From contig NW_025963890.1 in assembly GCF_023055435.1 (NCBI RefSeq), positions 50,778,001-50,842,000 of the forward strand: a stretch of 64,000 nucleotides of DNA, given 5' to 3'. This DNA is from Haliotis rufescens (lineage: Eukaryota). Below, in pieces: positions 52,136 to 64,000 of the stretch (its first letter is position 1; each line of letters opens with the position of its first letter). A program made the translations under genes and the position numbers. Below the pieces are notes generated by a model. That model saw nothing but the letters and a program-made list of their open reading frames with translations, was not told the DNA's origin and searched no databases.

Positions 52136-52376
52136 ACTCACGAGCATAAATATGGTGCTGACAGCGAATCTGAGATTCCTTGCGGATCCTTGCACGGACA
52201 AGGGACGCCATTCTGCACGTCGAAATACGCGTCTTCATAGACTACCTATGGGCTACCTATCTCAAACGAATTGTCCACATATGATGGAAACTGTCTGTGC
52301 TGTCCGTGAATGTCGGTCACTGTAACGATGATAGTCACAGCGATAGCAGATGACTGTGACTGTGGGTGTGCTGTCA

Positions 52377-52935
52377 CTGACAAGTCGCGGTCCGCGCACA
52401 TGCTGAGACAGTGGGCATCTTCTGTACAGTTACATGGACAGAGGTCAGGTATGTTCCAAGAGGCAGGGAGAATGATATTGAGGTAGGTAGAACGATGTTA
52501 TACCATTTACTTGGGTCATAGATATTCAGCTGAACATGGTAGGCGATGTTCGGTATGTGTATGTCAGAGTCGCCTCCCTTACATGACCTACTTTTATGAC
52601 ATATTTTATAATGTCCTCCTTTGACCGCCTGTTTTCATGTCATTGGTTCCCCAGCGACAAGATCGATGGGCCACATTCTTATCCTGTCACAGACACAGTG
52701 TTATATGCAGGGGACCGGTGTCACGACTTTACGTACAGCATCGTAACTACATTCACAAACGAGAACATGTTCAAAACACGGGAGTCCATATTAAGATTAT
52801 ATTTAGCAGGTGCCTCCCACTCAGTGGTGAAAGGTTGACAAGGGATTAGCTGAGAACGTCTCTTTGCAGGCCAGGCTTCTGACGACTGGGACCACCCCCG
52901 AGGTGTTATAGGAGTTAGTGAAACACGTTAGAGTG
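52377..52935 (+). repeat. Pre-satellite duplicated block, copy 3
   Basis: Homologous to 10482-11130. Confidence 0.9.
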
Positions 52936-53208
52936 TTTGTTTGTTTGTTTGGTTGTTGTTTAACGCCACACTCAGCAATATTCCACCTATATGACGACAG
53001 TCTGTAAATAATCGAGTCTGTACCAGGCAATCCAGTGACTGACATAATGAGCATCGATCTACGCAATTGGGGTACGATGACATGCATCAACCAAATCAGC
53101 GAGTCTGACCACCCGATCCCGTTAGTTATCTCTTACGACAAGCATAGTAGCCTTTCACGGCCAGCATGGGTTGCTGAAGACCAATTCTACCCCGGATCTT
53201 CACGAGTC
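52936..53208 (-). mobile_element. S1 element in satellite
   Basis: 13-bp TSD acacgttagagtg (52923-52935 and 53209-53221). Confidence 0.88.
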
Positions 53209-54600
53209 ACACGTTAGAGTGAGTGAGTGCAACGCGTTAGAGGAGGTAGTGCAACATCTTAGAGAGTAAGTGCAACATGGTAGAGGAGTAAGTGACAAAT
53301 GTTAGGGGAGTTAGTGCAACACGTTAGAGGAGGTAGTGCAACACGTTAGGGGAGTAAGTGAAACATGTTAGTGGAGGTAGTGCAACATGTAAGGGGAGTT
53401 AGTGCTACATGTTAGGGGAGTTAGTGCAACACGTTAGGGGAGTTAGTGCAACACGTTAGTGGAGGTAGTGCAACATGTTAGGGCAGTTAGTGTAACATGT
53501 TAGGGGAGTTGGTGCAACACGTTAGGGGAGTTAGTACAACACGTAAGGGGAGTTAGTGCAACACGTTAGGGGAGTAAGTGCAACATGTTAGGGGAGTTAG
53601 TGCAACACGTTAGGGGAGTTAGTACAACATGTTAGGGGAGTAAGTGCAACACGTTAGAGGAGTAAGAAACACATGTTAGGGGAGTTGGTGCAACACGTTA
53701 GGGGAGTTAGTGCAACATGTTAGGGGAGTTAGTGCAGCATGTTATGAGAGTTAGTGCAACACGTTAGGGGAGTTAGTACAACATGTTAGGGGAGTTAGTG
53801 CAACATGTTAGGGGAGTTAGTAGAACACGTTAGGGCAGTTAGTGCAACATGTAAGGGGAGTTAGTGGACCATGTAAGGGGAGTTAGTGCACGTGTTAGGG
53901 GAATTAGTACAACATGTAAGGGGGGTTAGTGCAACATGTTAGGGGAGTTAGTGCAACACGTTAGGGGAGTTAGTGTAACATGTTAGGGGAGTTAGTGCAA
54001 CATGTTATAGGAGTTAGTGCAACGCGTAAGGGGAGTTAGTGCAACATGTTAGGGGAGTTAGTGCAACATGTTAGGGGAGTTAGTGCAACATGTTAGTTGA
54101 GTAAGTGCAACACGTTAGGGGAGTTAGTGCAGCATTTTAGGGAAGGTTGTGCAACATGTTAGAGGTGTAAGTGCAACACGTTACTGGAGTTAGTGCAACG
54201 CGTTAGGAGAGTTAGTGCAACATGTTAGGGGAGTTAGTGCAACATGTTAGTGGAGGTAGTGCAACGCGTTAGGAGAGTTAGTGCAACATGTTAGAGGAGT
54301 TAGTGCAACATGTTAGTGGAGGTTGTGCAACGCGTTAGGAGAGTTAGTGCAACATGTTAAGGGAGTTAGTGCAACACGTTAGTGGAGGTAGTGCAACATG
54401 TTAGGGGAGTTAGTGCAACATGTTAGAGGAGTTAGTGCAACATGTAAGGGGAGTTAGTGCAACACGTTAGGGGAGTTAGTGCAACATGTTAAGGGAGTTA
54501 GTGCAACACGTTAGTGGAGGTAGTGCAACATGTTAGAGGAGTTAGTGCAACACGTTAGGGGAGTGACTGCAACATGTTAGAGGAGTTAGTGCAAGACGTT
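53209..54600. repeat. 22-bp tandem satellite array 3
   Basis: Same monomer, appears more degenerate than arrays 1 and 2. Confidence 0.97.
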
Positions 54601-54945
54601 TTGGCCTTAATTTAGGAAGACGTGTCATTTCACACAACTATAGATTGTTAAAACCCAATTTAAAGATATTTGAAACGACCGCAAATCCTGGTCAATACTA
54701 AAGGCACAACCCTAAATTTTCTTCACTAAGGGGTCATACGCTACCTGTTGTGCTGTGGTTGGATTGCACAAAGACCGTACACGTAAAGACACGTCGCCAG
54801 GCCGTTTTCCAATATAGACACGCGAGGCATGTTTAATGTTTCACAATACATTGTTCTCGTCTTTCCCGAGAATGTCTGATTGTGTACAACTAAAACCTGT
54901 TTAACAAAACACTAACCTGTAGCCGATCTGTTGTATGTCTGTATG

Positions 54946-54985
54946 CCATATAAGGGGACGCATTGACCATATCGAGGTATATAAA
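54946..54985 (+). promoter_or_regulatory. Actin H core promoter: perfect CArG CCATATAAGG plus TATATAAA
   Basis: CArG 54946-54955, TATA 54978-54985, ATG at 55058; CArG-then-TATA is the known SRF-dependent actin promoter layout. Confidence 0.8.
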
Positions 54986-55057
54986 TCCACCTGTCCAGAC
55001 TACCGCTATCAGCGTTACAGCTCTCAGTAGTGAAACGTCTTCTACCTTTCTGCCAAA

Positions 55058-55183
55058 ATGTGTGACGAAGATATCGCTGCGTTGGTTATCGACAACGGCT
55101 CCGGCATGTGTAAGGCCGGGTTCGCCGGTGACGACGCCCCCAGAGCCGTCTTCCCCTCCATCGTCGGTCGTCCCCGTCATCAG
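55058..55183 (+). CDS. act: Actin H, coding exon 1
   Basis: [42 protein letters not shown], donor GTAATT at 55184. Confidence 0.96.
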
Positions 55184-56068
55184 GTAATTATACTTATCTG
55201 TGTGAAGGTTCGTGAACCCGGTGGGGTTCCAAGTATAAAATCCTCCAGTTTTTTAGATATCCGGGTAACGAGTCATTTTTATAGAGAGATGTCCTTTGTG
55301 TAAATGTAGACTGATAATTGTCTTTCAGATTAACAAGGGTTCACTGTATAAGATTGTTTCTTGGTATAATAAGTTTCACAGAGCAAGCGCCTTCAACTAG
55401 CTCTCACCAAGCAGTTTCCGCATCACTCCGGTGCCTCAGTATGTATCAGGTAATGCAGGTCGCTCTTTCCAGTGGCAGTATTGAAAATAACTCTAAGCTC
55501 TTCAGTTACCTATTCAAGTTGCGATTATCCTGCGATTATCGAACCATTTAGAATTCGACTATCCTTATGTATGTAAGTTCCGTGACTTTATATGAATGCC
55601 ACTTCTTCAATAGAAGCGGTTTTACTTACTGGAGGTTACTGATGATGTTATGTGGGAGGAAAAAAACAGGACGCCATAATGGGCCATGGTGGTTTCTGAT
55701 TACAGAACCATCGTAAGCATTGACAAACAATGTTATAGAAAGACAAGTAACGACAAAACACTCAATATATCTCCAAAGCATCGGCTCATGTTGTGTGAAT
55801 ATGATGCATCTGATGCAGATACTACGTTTATTCATCTCTGTTAAAGCAAAGTAACGGTCGGTTTGGCAGTTCTAGCAAATTTCAATGAAGTGGTGGAACA
55901 TCACTTTTGCATGCCAGCTCAAATATAATATATGTACATCAAAACGTCAACGCCAGACAATAACCAGTCTCGATTATCTGCTGAAACAGGTTTCCTTCAT
56001 TTCAAATGAATGGATCACTACAAAACAGTTATGACGCCAGGTGTTCGCGACAAGGGCAAGCACGTTCT

Positions 56069-56240
56069 NNNNNNNNNNNNNNNNNNNNNNNNNNNNNNNN
56101 NNNNNNNNNNNNNNNNNNNNNNNNNNNNNNNNNNNNNNNNNNNNNNNNNNNNNNNNNNNNNNNNNNNNNNNNNNNNNNNNNNNNNNNNNNNNNNNNNNNN
56201 NNNNNNNNNNNNNNNNNNNNNNNNNNNNNNNNNNNNNNNN
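56069..56240. other. Assembly gap (172 N) next to a (TCTA)/(TCTG) microsatellite (56241-56568)
   Basis: N run seen directly. Confidence 0.98.
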
Positions 56241-57259
56241 ATCTATTCCCATCTATTTCTATATGTCTGTCTGTCTGGGTGTGTCTGTCTGTCTGTATCT
56301 ATCTATCTATTTCTATATCTATATCTGCCTGTCTGTCTATCTTTATCTATTTCTTTATGTCTGTCTGTATCTATTTCTATATCTGTCTGTCTATCTATAT
56401 CTATTTCTATATGTCTGTCTGTCTGTGTGTCTGTCTGTGTGTGTCTGTCTGTATCTATCTATCTATTTCTATATCTGTCTGTCTGTCTATCTATATCTAT
56501 TTCTATATGTCTGTCTGTCTGTCTATATCTATTTCTATATCTGTCTGTCTGTCTATCTATATATATCTACTCTTCCTGTTTGATCGTGCACCAATCCCTG
56601 CACAAGTGTACACCAACAGCTCACGTGACGAGCATGGGTGATCAGGTTTCTCAACGTCAATTGAAAACTAACTTCTGTTATTCAGGGCATGACGCTCTGA
56701 TTTCATGAAGGCTTTTGAATCAAAATGAATTAAGAGTTCGATGCGTTTGTTATGTCCCGCATGAATTACTTGCAATGACTTTTGTGTTTGTATTTAGAAC
56801 ATGACGGCTACAAATACCTTCGCCCGGTTTATGTGTTTACAATATTGTGCCCAAATATGGAAATGAAAAGATCTACTCTATTGTATACATGTAAAAACAC
56901 AGTTGTCACAAGGTTGTGGTTAAACGGGTTTTACAAGCGAACTAAATACAATCTGTGAAATGTTCTGAAATGAGGTTTTTCGTGCATTGTTAAAGCATGA
57001 AAACCGGTTTTCTTGTATATTAAACTTAATAAAGGTGGGGTAGGCGTGAGATAGCACTCCCACTATGATAGGAGATCGCAATGTACAAAATATGTACTCC
57101 TAATGGTTCAAGCGGTGGCTTGTCAAGCGGAGGAACCCGGATCCAAACTGCTTGTTGTTTCTGTCCGCCGCCGTTTGAACACTGCTGAAACCGTCGGACA
57201 ACCTTACTTACGCAATATTGTATGCTTTGTATGCCGATCGTAACAAGTAACATACATGA

Positions 57260-58291
<1,032 letters not shown>

Positions 58292-58510
58292 GGACTGACG
58301 TTGGACACGATAGGGACATTTTAGCGAACATTTTTCGTCATTAACAAGACCACTATGAAGTATTTTTATTCTGATTGTTGTCCCAAATTGAAGATACCGA
58401 GGACGAACTGTTTTGTTTTTTGAAATGAAAATTGCACCAGGACTCCAGAGATTTTGAATATTTACTTAATGTTGTTCATTCTCATTGGGTATTGACAGTT
58501 TTCTTTGGGT

Positions 58511-58742
58511 ATGTGCAGCATGCTTACAGCTTTTTCTCCATGCAATTCCTCCCAGTTTGGTTTCAAGATGCTCTATTTTCGCGACAAGTCACCAAATTTT
58601 GTGTTTGGGTGCAATAAACTAGTGTAAGGTCAATATTCACAGTTAGCAATGACATTTATATTGAGTTCAAGCCTTCAACTTTAATAACAGTCAAGTTTGA
58701 AAAACAGTTTTCAGCTATGCGTTTCTTTTTTTGACCAGTATA
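58511..58742 (-). mobile_element. One-ended remnant of the Tc1 copy at 25657-27147
   Basis: Matches 26918-27147 with the same downstream flank (tatactactcccttgggtc). Confidence 0.88.
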
Positions 58743-60789
58743 TACTACTCCCTTGGGTCCAGCCCATTGGTTAGTTTTCAAAGTTACAAAAAGTTTTGTA
58801 ACGGATGGTTGTTGTACATTATGCACTACAATATAGTTCGTGTGTGCCTTTATTAGATTAGTTAATACATTTGTGTTAGGGAATACAGTTAGCCAAACTG
58901 AAACGGCTACATTGGATAATTATGGTTAATTGTGTTTTTGATTTTCATGCGCATTGGTACGTAAGCAACTCAAAATTTAGTGGTTAATGCTGATTTATGT
59001 ATGCAAATATGCATCGTATCTGGAGCTCTGATTGCTCTTAATATTCAAAATATGATTACTATTTTACATTTGATCTGTTTATCTCTTCTTAGATGAGAGC
59101 GTTATATATCCTGATCCCTCTTTATCCCCCGCAGCGAAGTGGAGCGGGGGAGGATATGGGAGCGTAGTTCGTCCGTCCTTCCATTTCTCACCGACTATTT
59201 AAGTTCGAGAAATTAACTTTATAACACTGATGTTACTGGTCGTGATCCTAAATGAATTCGAAAATTTGTATCTTAAATTCATTTTGTACAGATTTATGAC
59301 CCTTGCTCCATGCTTTTCAACTGGTTAAATGGGGACATGTTTTATCAGAAACTACTGAAGTTTCATGTACATGAATAAAAAGCTTATCCAAGAGAATGTA
59401 TACTTATCAGGACTGAGTTCTAAAATTGGTGCCATGAATTATTTATTCCAGACAAGGGACCCTGTTCGATCGATTACGTGTGTAGGTTTGTCAGCATCAT
59501 ATCCGGGTGGTAAACCTCTAAGCCTTGTATCATTTTCAGCTTTACTCCAAAAAATAAGCTGACACGCCGTGATATGGCTGGAATATTGTTCAAAGCAGTG
59601 TTAAACCTACTTACCCACTTTTGAGCGTTCCTCTCACAATAAGCTGACACGCCGTGATATGACTAGAATATTGTTCAGAGCGGTGTTAAACCCACTCACT
59701 CACTCATGGCCGGGCAAAGTGATAACGCTGTTTTCTTGTTGACATCCACATTGTGGCGAAGTAGGTACTTGGTTATCTTATAAAAACAAACTTTTCGTCG
59801 TCATATTGTTGGTCACTTTAACAGTGACAGTACCGCTGGCACAACGATAGCAATGATATGTGAGATGCAGCGTGTCATATCATGAATACGGCATATCGCA
59901 TCATTCCGGAATTGATTGATATATTCATTATAAACATACTTTACGGGATAAGATGATGAAGAATGTATCCTTATTTCACAAAGCATCATCTAAGAAGTAC
60001 TGATGAAGTTACAACGACCCGTATCAATTTCAAGGCAGTTTCTCAGATTTGAGTGATTTATGAAAGAAACCCATAATATGTGTACATTACAACCAGATAT
60101 GCGTTTAGGAGATTCGGGGTTTTGCATTACCATCTGACCATCTGGGTCATTTGCTGCTGGGTGAAATAAGGCACATTTGGAACACGAGTGGTTCAGTGAT
60201 GGGCAGAACCGAGGCCCGAGAAGCTCCCTGGAGTCAACCCTACCGAGCTATGAACATTGTTTTGTGTTTTGCAAACTGAATAGCCAGTTTCAGAAACATA
60301 ATGATGAAATTGACTGTGTACAAGAGAAAAGCGAAAATCCACAACAATCTCAACGTTAATCTATCAAATGAGGAATCAATTATCACCCATATTACGTGAG
60401 TCTATGCAGTCAACTCGAAGTGAGATCCCCTGTTAATGTTGCATGGTGTTACGTACACACTCATCCCCGTCGATCAATGACATTTTACCCAGCATTCTCC
60501 AAGCCAGGAAATGCAGAGAGTTTGTAATGGATTTTTCAGAATGAATACTCCAAAATATTTCGTAATTGTAAGAAATTTTTCGAAATATAATTTGATGTGA
60601 TTGTTAAAAATGATTCAATGTCGTACCTTTAAAATGTTTCTGGATGACACACACTTGATAATAACAAAATATATGACGAACAAGCAGCTTTGAGGCACCG
60701 ATATGCAACAGCGGATAACTTGTTCCCACTAACTGCTTGTATTGAAACATATTTAAGTTCACGGAAAGGTAGATGATTCCTATTGCCTT

Positions 60790-61330
60790 TAAGGATTTAA
60801 AAAGACAGTATTTGATTCTGTAAATAGAAAGAAACTTATGTATGTTCTTCGAAAATGTTGTCTTCCTGTTTAAATGTTGAATATGATGAAGTCGATGTAT
60901 TCATCTGTTACAGAATGGGGACGGTGTGACGCTGGTTTTACTGAGTGTTTTGACTGACTTATTGGACTGAAACAAGGCTGTGTATTGAGGCCAATTGTAT
61001 TTACATCTTTTATTGATGAATTGGCTGCTGAAACTATTGACACATATCGAGGAGTACAAGTATTCCCTTATCAAGATGAATAGTTTGTGTTTATGTTTGC
61101 TGATGGGTATGTCTATTTATGATAGAATAAGTGAGCTGTAAGAGAACTGAATATTCTAGATGATTATTGTTTCTGCATGGAAGTTAAATGTCAACCTACC
61201 GAAAACTAAATAATTATTTTTCGTGAAGGTGGAACTGTTAAACTGTTAGAAATGTTATAATCCTAATAAAGTTGTCGAAGATGTATCAGAATGTAAGTAC
61301 TTTGGATTATAGATGACTCCATCTTTAAAA
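60790..61330 (+). mobile_element. Degenerate LINE reverse-transcriptase fragment
   Basis: FDSVNR, GLKQGCVLRPIVFTSFIDEL, MFAD, LNVNLPKTK, KYFG motifs with frameshifts and stops. Confidence 0.8.
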
Positions 61331-61756
61331 ATAACAACAGTGTCACGTTGGGAGAGGATCACTAGAAAATGTTTTAACTTGGTTTCGACATATGGAAAAA
61401 TCCCACTTGGAACATTAAAACCCCCCAACCTATCCTTCTTTATGGGTGCGAAATACGGGGACATCAAAGAGGTATTCAAAAGGGTCCAATAACTAGCATG
61501 TAAATGCTACCTTGGTACAGGTATTAACAATCTCAATGTAATGGACGGTATCAATCGCGTTGAAACGGTTCGGTTACATGCATCAACACCAGCTGTAACT
61601 AATTCGTATGCCAACCAACAGACATCTCCGTAAGATATCCGAAATGTTATTTAATCTTGATGCAGTAGATTGACAGAGCTGGGCAAGTAATGCCAGACGT
61701 ATTTTATTTGGTTCGTTCAGGTCTTGGCTCAGGTTTGAGTTTACCGAGATGTTGGA

Positions 61757-61957
61757 GTGAGTGAGTGAGTGAGTGAGTGAGTGAGTGAGTGAGTGAGTGA
61801 GTGAGTTTGATTTTACGCCGCTTTTAGCATATTCCAGCAATATCACGGCGGGGGGACACCAGAAATGGCTTCACACATTGAACCCATGTCGGGAATCGAA
61901 CCCGGGTCTTCTGCGTGACGAGCGAACGCTTTAACCAATAGGCTACCCGACCGCCCC
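61757..61957 (-). mobile_element. S3 SINE
   Basis: 13-bp TSD ccgagatgttgga; long (ACTC)n tail. Confidence 0.9.
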
Positions 61958-62280
61958 CCGAGATGTTGGATGTATAGATCGTTTTCTTACTTAACTAATA
62001 TAACATCATCTGGTACTAGATATGAACGTTGTACACTTTTTAAGATACGAATAGAAATATCAAACGGATTCGGCCTTGTGTACATTTGTTCATACTCGAG
62101 TTGGATGTACGAAGCTTCAGATTCAAACCGGGAGACGCCATAAAGTTCCATAGTCTGTCAGATTATGTAGATATTGTAACCTTAACAATATCGACGATCT
62201 GTATCATTTCAAGTTTATGTCCACGCTTGAAAGACACTCGTAAGACATACCAAATACATATGATATTCGACCTTCAATAT

Positions 62281-62510
62281 AGACCTGTGGAGATTCGGGT
62301 AGAGAATAGGTCTTCGGCAACCCTTGCCTGTCGTAAGAGGCGATCAACGCGATCTAGTGGTCAGACTTGGTTGATGCATGTCATCGTATCCCAAATGCGT
62401 AGATCGAGGCTCATGATGTCAATCATTGGATTGTCTGGTTCAGACTCGATTATTTACAGACAGTCGTCATATAACTGGAATAATGCTGAATGCGGCATCA
62501 AACAAACATA
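62281..62510 (+). mobile_element. S1 element, degenerate
   Basis: agaataggtcttcggcaaccc...gtcgtaagaggcga...cagactcgattatttacagac. Confidence 0.8.
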
Positions 62511-62883
62511 CAATATATTCTCCTTACTGAATCAAACGTTTTCAAGATATGAATTATGTCATGTTTAATTACAAATAAGCCCTCAAGAGCAGAACATGTA
62601 CGTTAATGAAACATGTGAATCTACTTGTAACATGATCATTCTCTGGATAGTATGTATTTGGGTCATTTAAATATTTGTTTAGCACGAAATAAGTGCCCTC
62701 TGTAGATCTTGCATACGTATAAAACTATACGTTAAACGAGAAGTTAAAGTGTTCGCTCGTCACGCCGAAGGGTGTAATGTGTGAACCCAATTTGTTGTAT
62801 CCCCTGCTGTGATATTGTTGGAATTTTGTTAAACCATGAGTAAAACTATACTCACTTACTAACACCAATCTCCCACCCTTCAC

Positions 62884-63183
62884 GACCGCCTCCGTGGCCT
62901 AGAGGTAGAGCGTCCGCCCGGAGAGCGGAAGGTCCGGGGTTCGATCCCCGGCCGCGTCATACCAAAAGACGTTAAAAGATGGCACTTGTTGTTACCCTGT
63001 CTGGCGCTCGGCATTAAGTGGCTAAAACAAGGACTGGTCGGCTCGGAGTCAGTACACTGTGTCTGAGTGGGGTATTCATGTTAAACTGCAGCATGGTATC
63101 TCGGTGGGCTAGCACTATAAATCGGCATCAGTCCGGACTAGTACAAGCAGCCACAAACACACACGTACATGCACGTCGCTATA
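62884..63183 (+). mobile_element. S4 SINE, 3'-truncated
   Basis: A box tggcctagagg, B box ggttcgatccc, family body. Confidence 0.85.
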
Positions 63184-63189
63184 CCACGG

Positions 63190-64000
63190 AGGCAGTTCAT
63201 TGGCACTGTCCATTAATACGGACGGTGGGGTTCCAAGTGCAAACATCCCGTGGAGATAGGGCCCCGTTCCACAAAGTGATCTTAGCGCTAAGTCGATCGT
63301 AACTCCCATTCTTTAACACTGACTTACGACAATCATAGCGCTAAGATCGCTTACCCCATCCTTCACGAACAGAACCATAGATCAGCAGAGGGCGCGAAGT
63401 AACAACGCCATACTAGTGTTGGTCAGGTGTCGCGGTATCACACGTTTATGGTGTTAATCGTATAGTTGGACTTGTATTTAATCATTTCCTGAATTAAATT
63501 AACAACCTCTAACCCGTCGACACTGTATTTAAGGTGTGGCCATGCAGGGTGACAAGAAGTACCATCTCTTAACGTATTTTGATCTGACGCGGCTGGGTAT
63601 CGAACCACCGACCTCCTGCTGTCCTGGCTTGCGTTCTAACCACTCGACCACGGAGGCAGTTCATTGGCACTGTCCATTAATACGGACGGTGGGGTTCCAA
63701 GTGCAAACATCCCGTGTAGATAGGGCCCCGTTCCACAAAGTGATCTTAGCGCTAAGTCGATCGTAACTCCCATTCTTTAACACTGACTTACGACAATCAT
63801 AGCGCTAAGATCGTTTTGTGGAACAGGGCCCTGGATCAACGAGTTATTGTTATGAAGATATGCCCTTTGTGTAAATTCAGTCTGATATTGTCAAGAAATC
63901 AGGTTCCAGGACTAAGGGTTCGGATTAGGTAGGGTTCACTGTATTAACTTGTTTATGGTAGAATAACCTTCGCAGAGCAATAGGCACCAACCAGCTGTCA
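63190..64000 (+). pseudogene. Exon-less remnant of an actin intron start, partly duplicated
   Basis: ttaatacggacggtggggttccaagtg and 63840-64000 match 4496-4700; 63183-63352 repeated at 63648-63815. Confidence 0.65.
63723..63831. mobile_element. Short PIF/Harbinger-like MITE
   Basis: gggccccgttccacaaagtgatcttagcgct...agcgctaagatcgttttgtggaacagggccc inverted ends; truncated copy at 63259-63352. Confidence 0.75.

Noticed and set aside
56006-56708. Long Ser/Ile/Cys/Leu-rich ORFs (also 21673-22023)
   Set aside because: Translation of TCTA/TCTG microsatellite and an N gap inside actin introns.

Overview
Eukaryotic (metazoan) genomic DNA, probably molluscan (abalone-like, inferred from the SINE repertoire and actin N-termini). 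The window is a tandem, same-strand (+) actin gene cluster embedded in dense repeats. Every copy whose exon junction survives has the same two-coding-exon layout with a phase-0 intron at codon 41/42. Loci: (A) divergent intact actin 4286-8730; (B) highly divergent, chimeric actin-like gene 13044-15761; (C) 5'-truncated actin 16275-17036; (D) 12-codon stub 20213-20248; (E) intact mosaic actin 20715-25414; (F) decayed pseudogene 34509-40524; (G) actin lacking its start ATG and last two codons, 45671-48016; (H) near-canonical actin 55058-58291. An actin 3' flank at the left edge suggests the cluster continues upstream, and an exon-less actin-intron remnant lies at the right edge. The cluster was built by segmental duplication (about 17-29 kb resembles 48-61 kb; three copies of a block ending in a 22-bp TTAGGG-containing satellite) and apparently reshaped by gene conversion and a promoter swap. 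Repeats include five Tc1 (DD34E-type) copies plus a remnant, a mariner fragment, a Gmr1-type (PR-INT-RT) gypsy relic, LINE and R4/Dong-like fragments, four SINE families and several MITEs. The most interesting signal: substitutions in the divergent paralogs fall on both faces of the longitudinal F-actin interface and on residues attacked by bacterial actin toxins and latrunculin (K50, T148, R177, R183/D184, E270). Residue numbers follow mature alpha-actin numbering.
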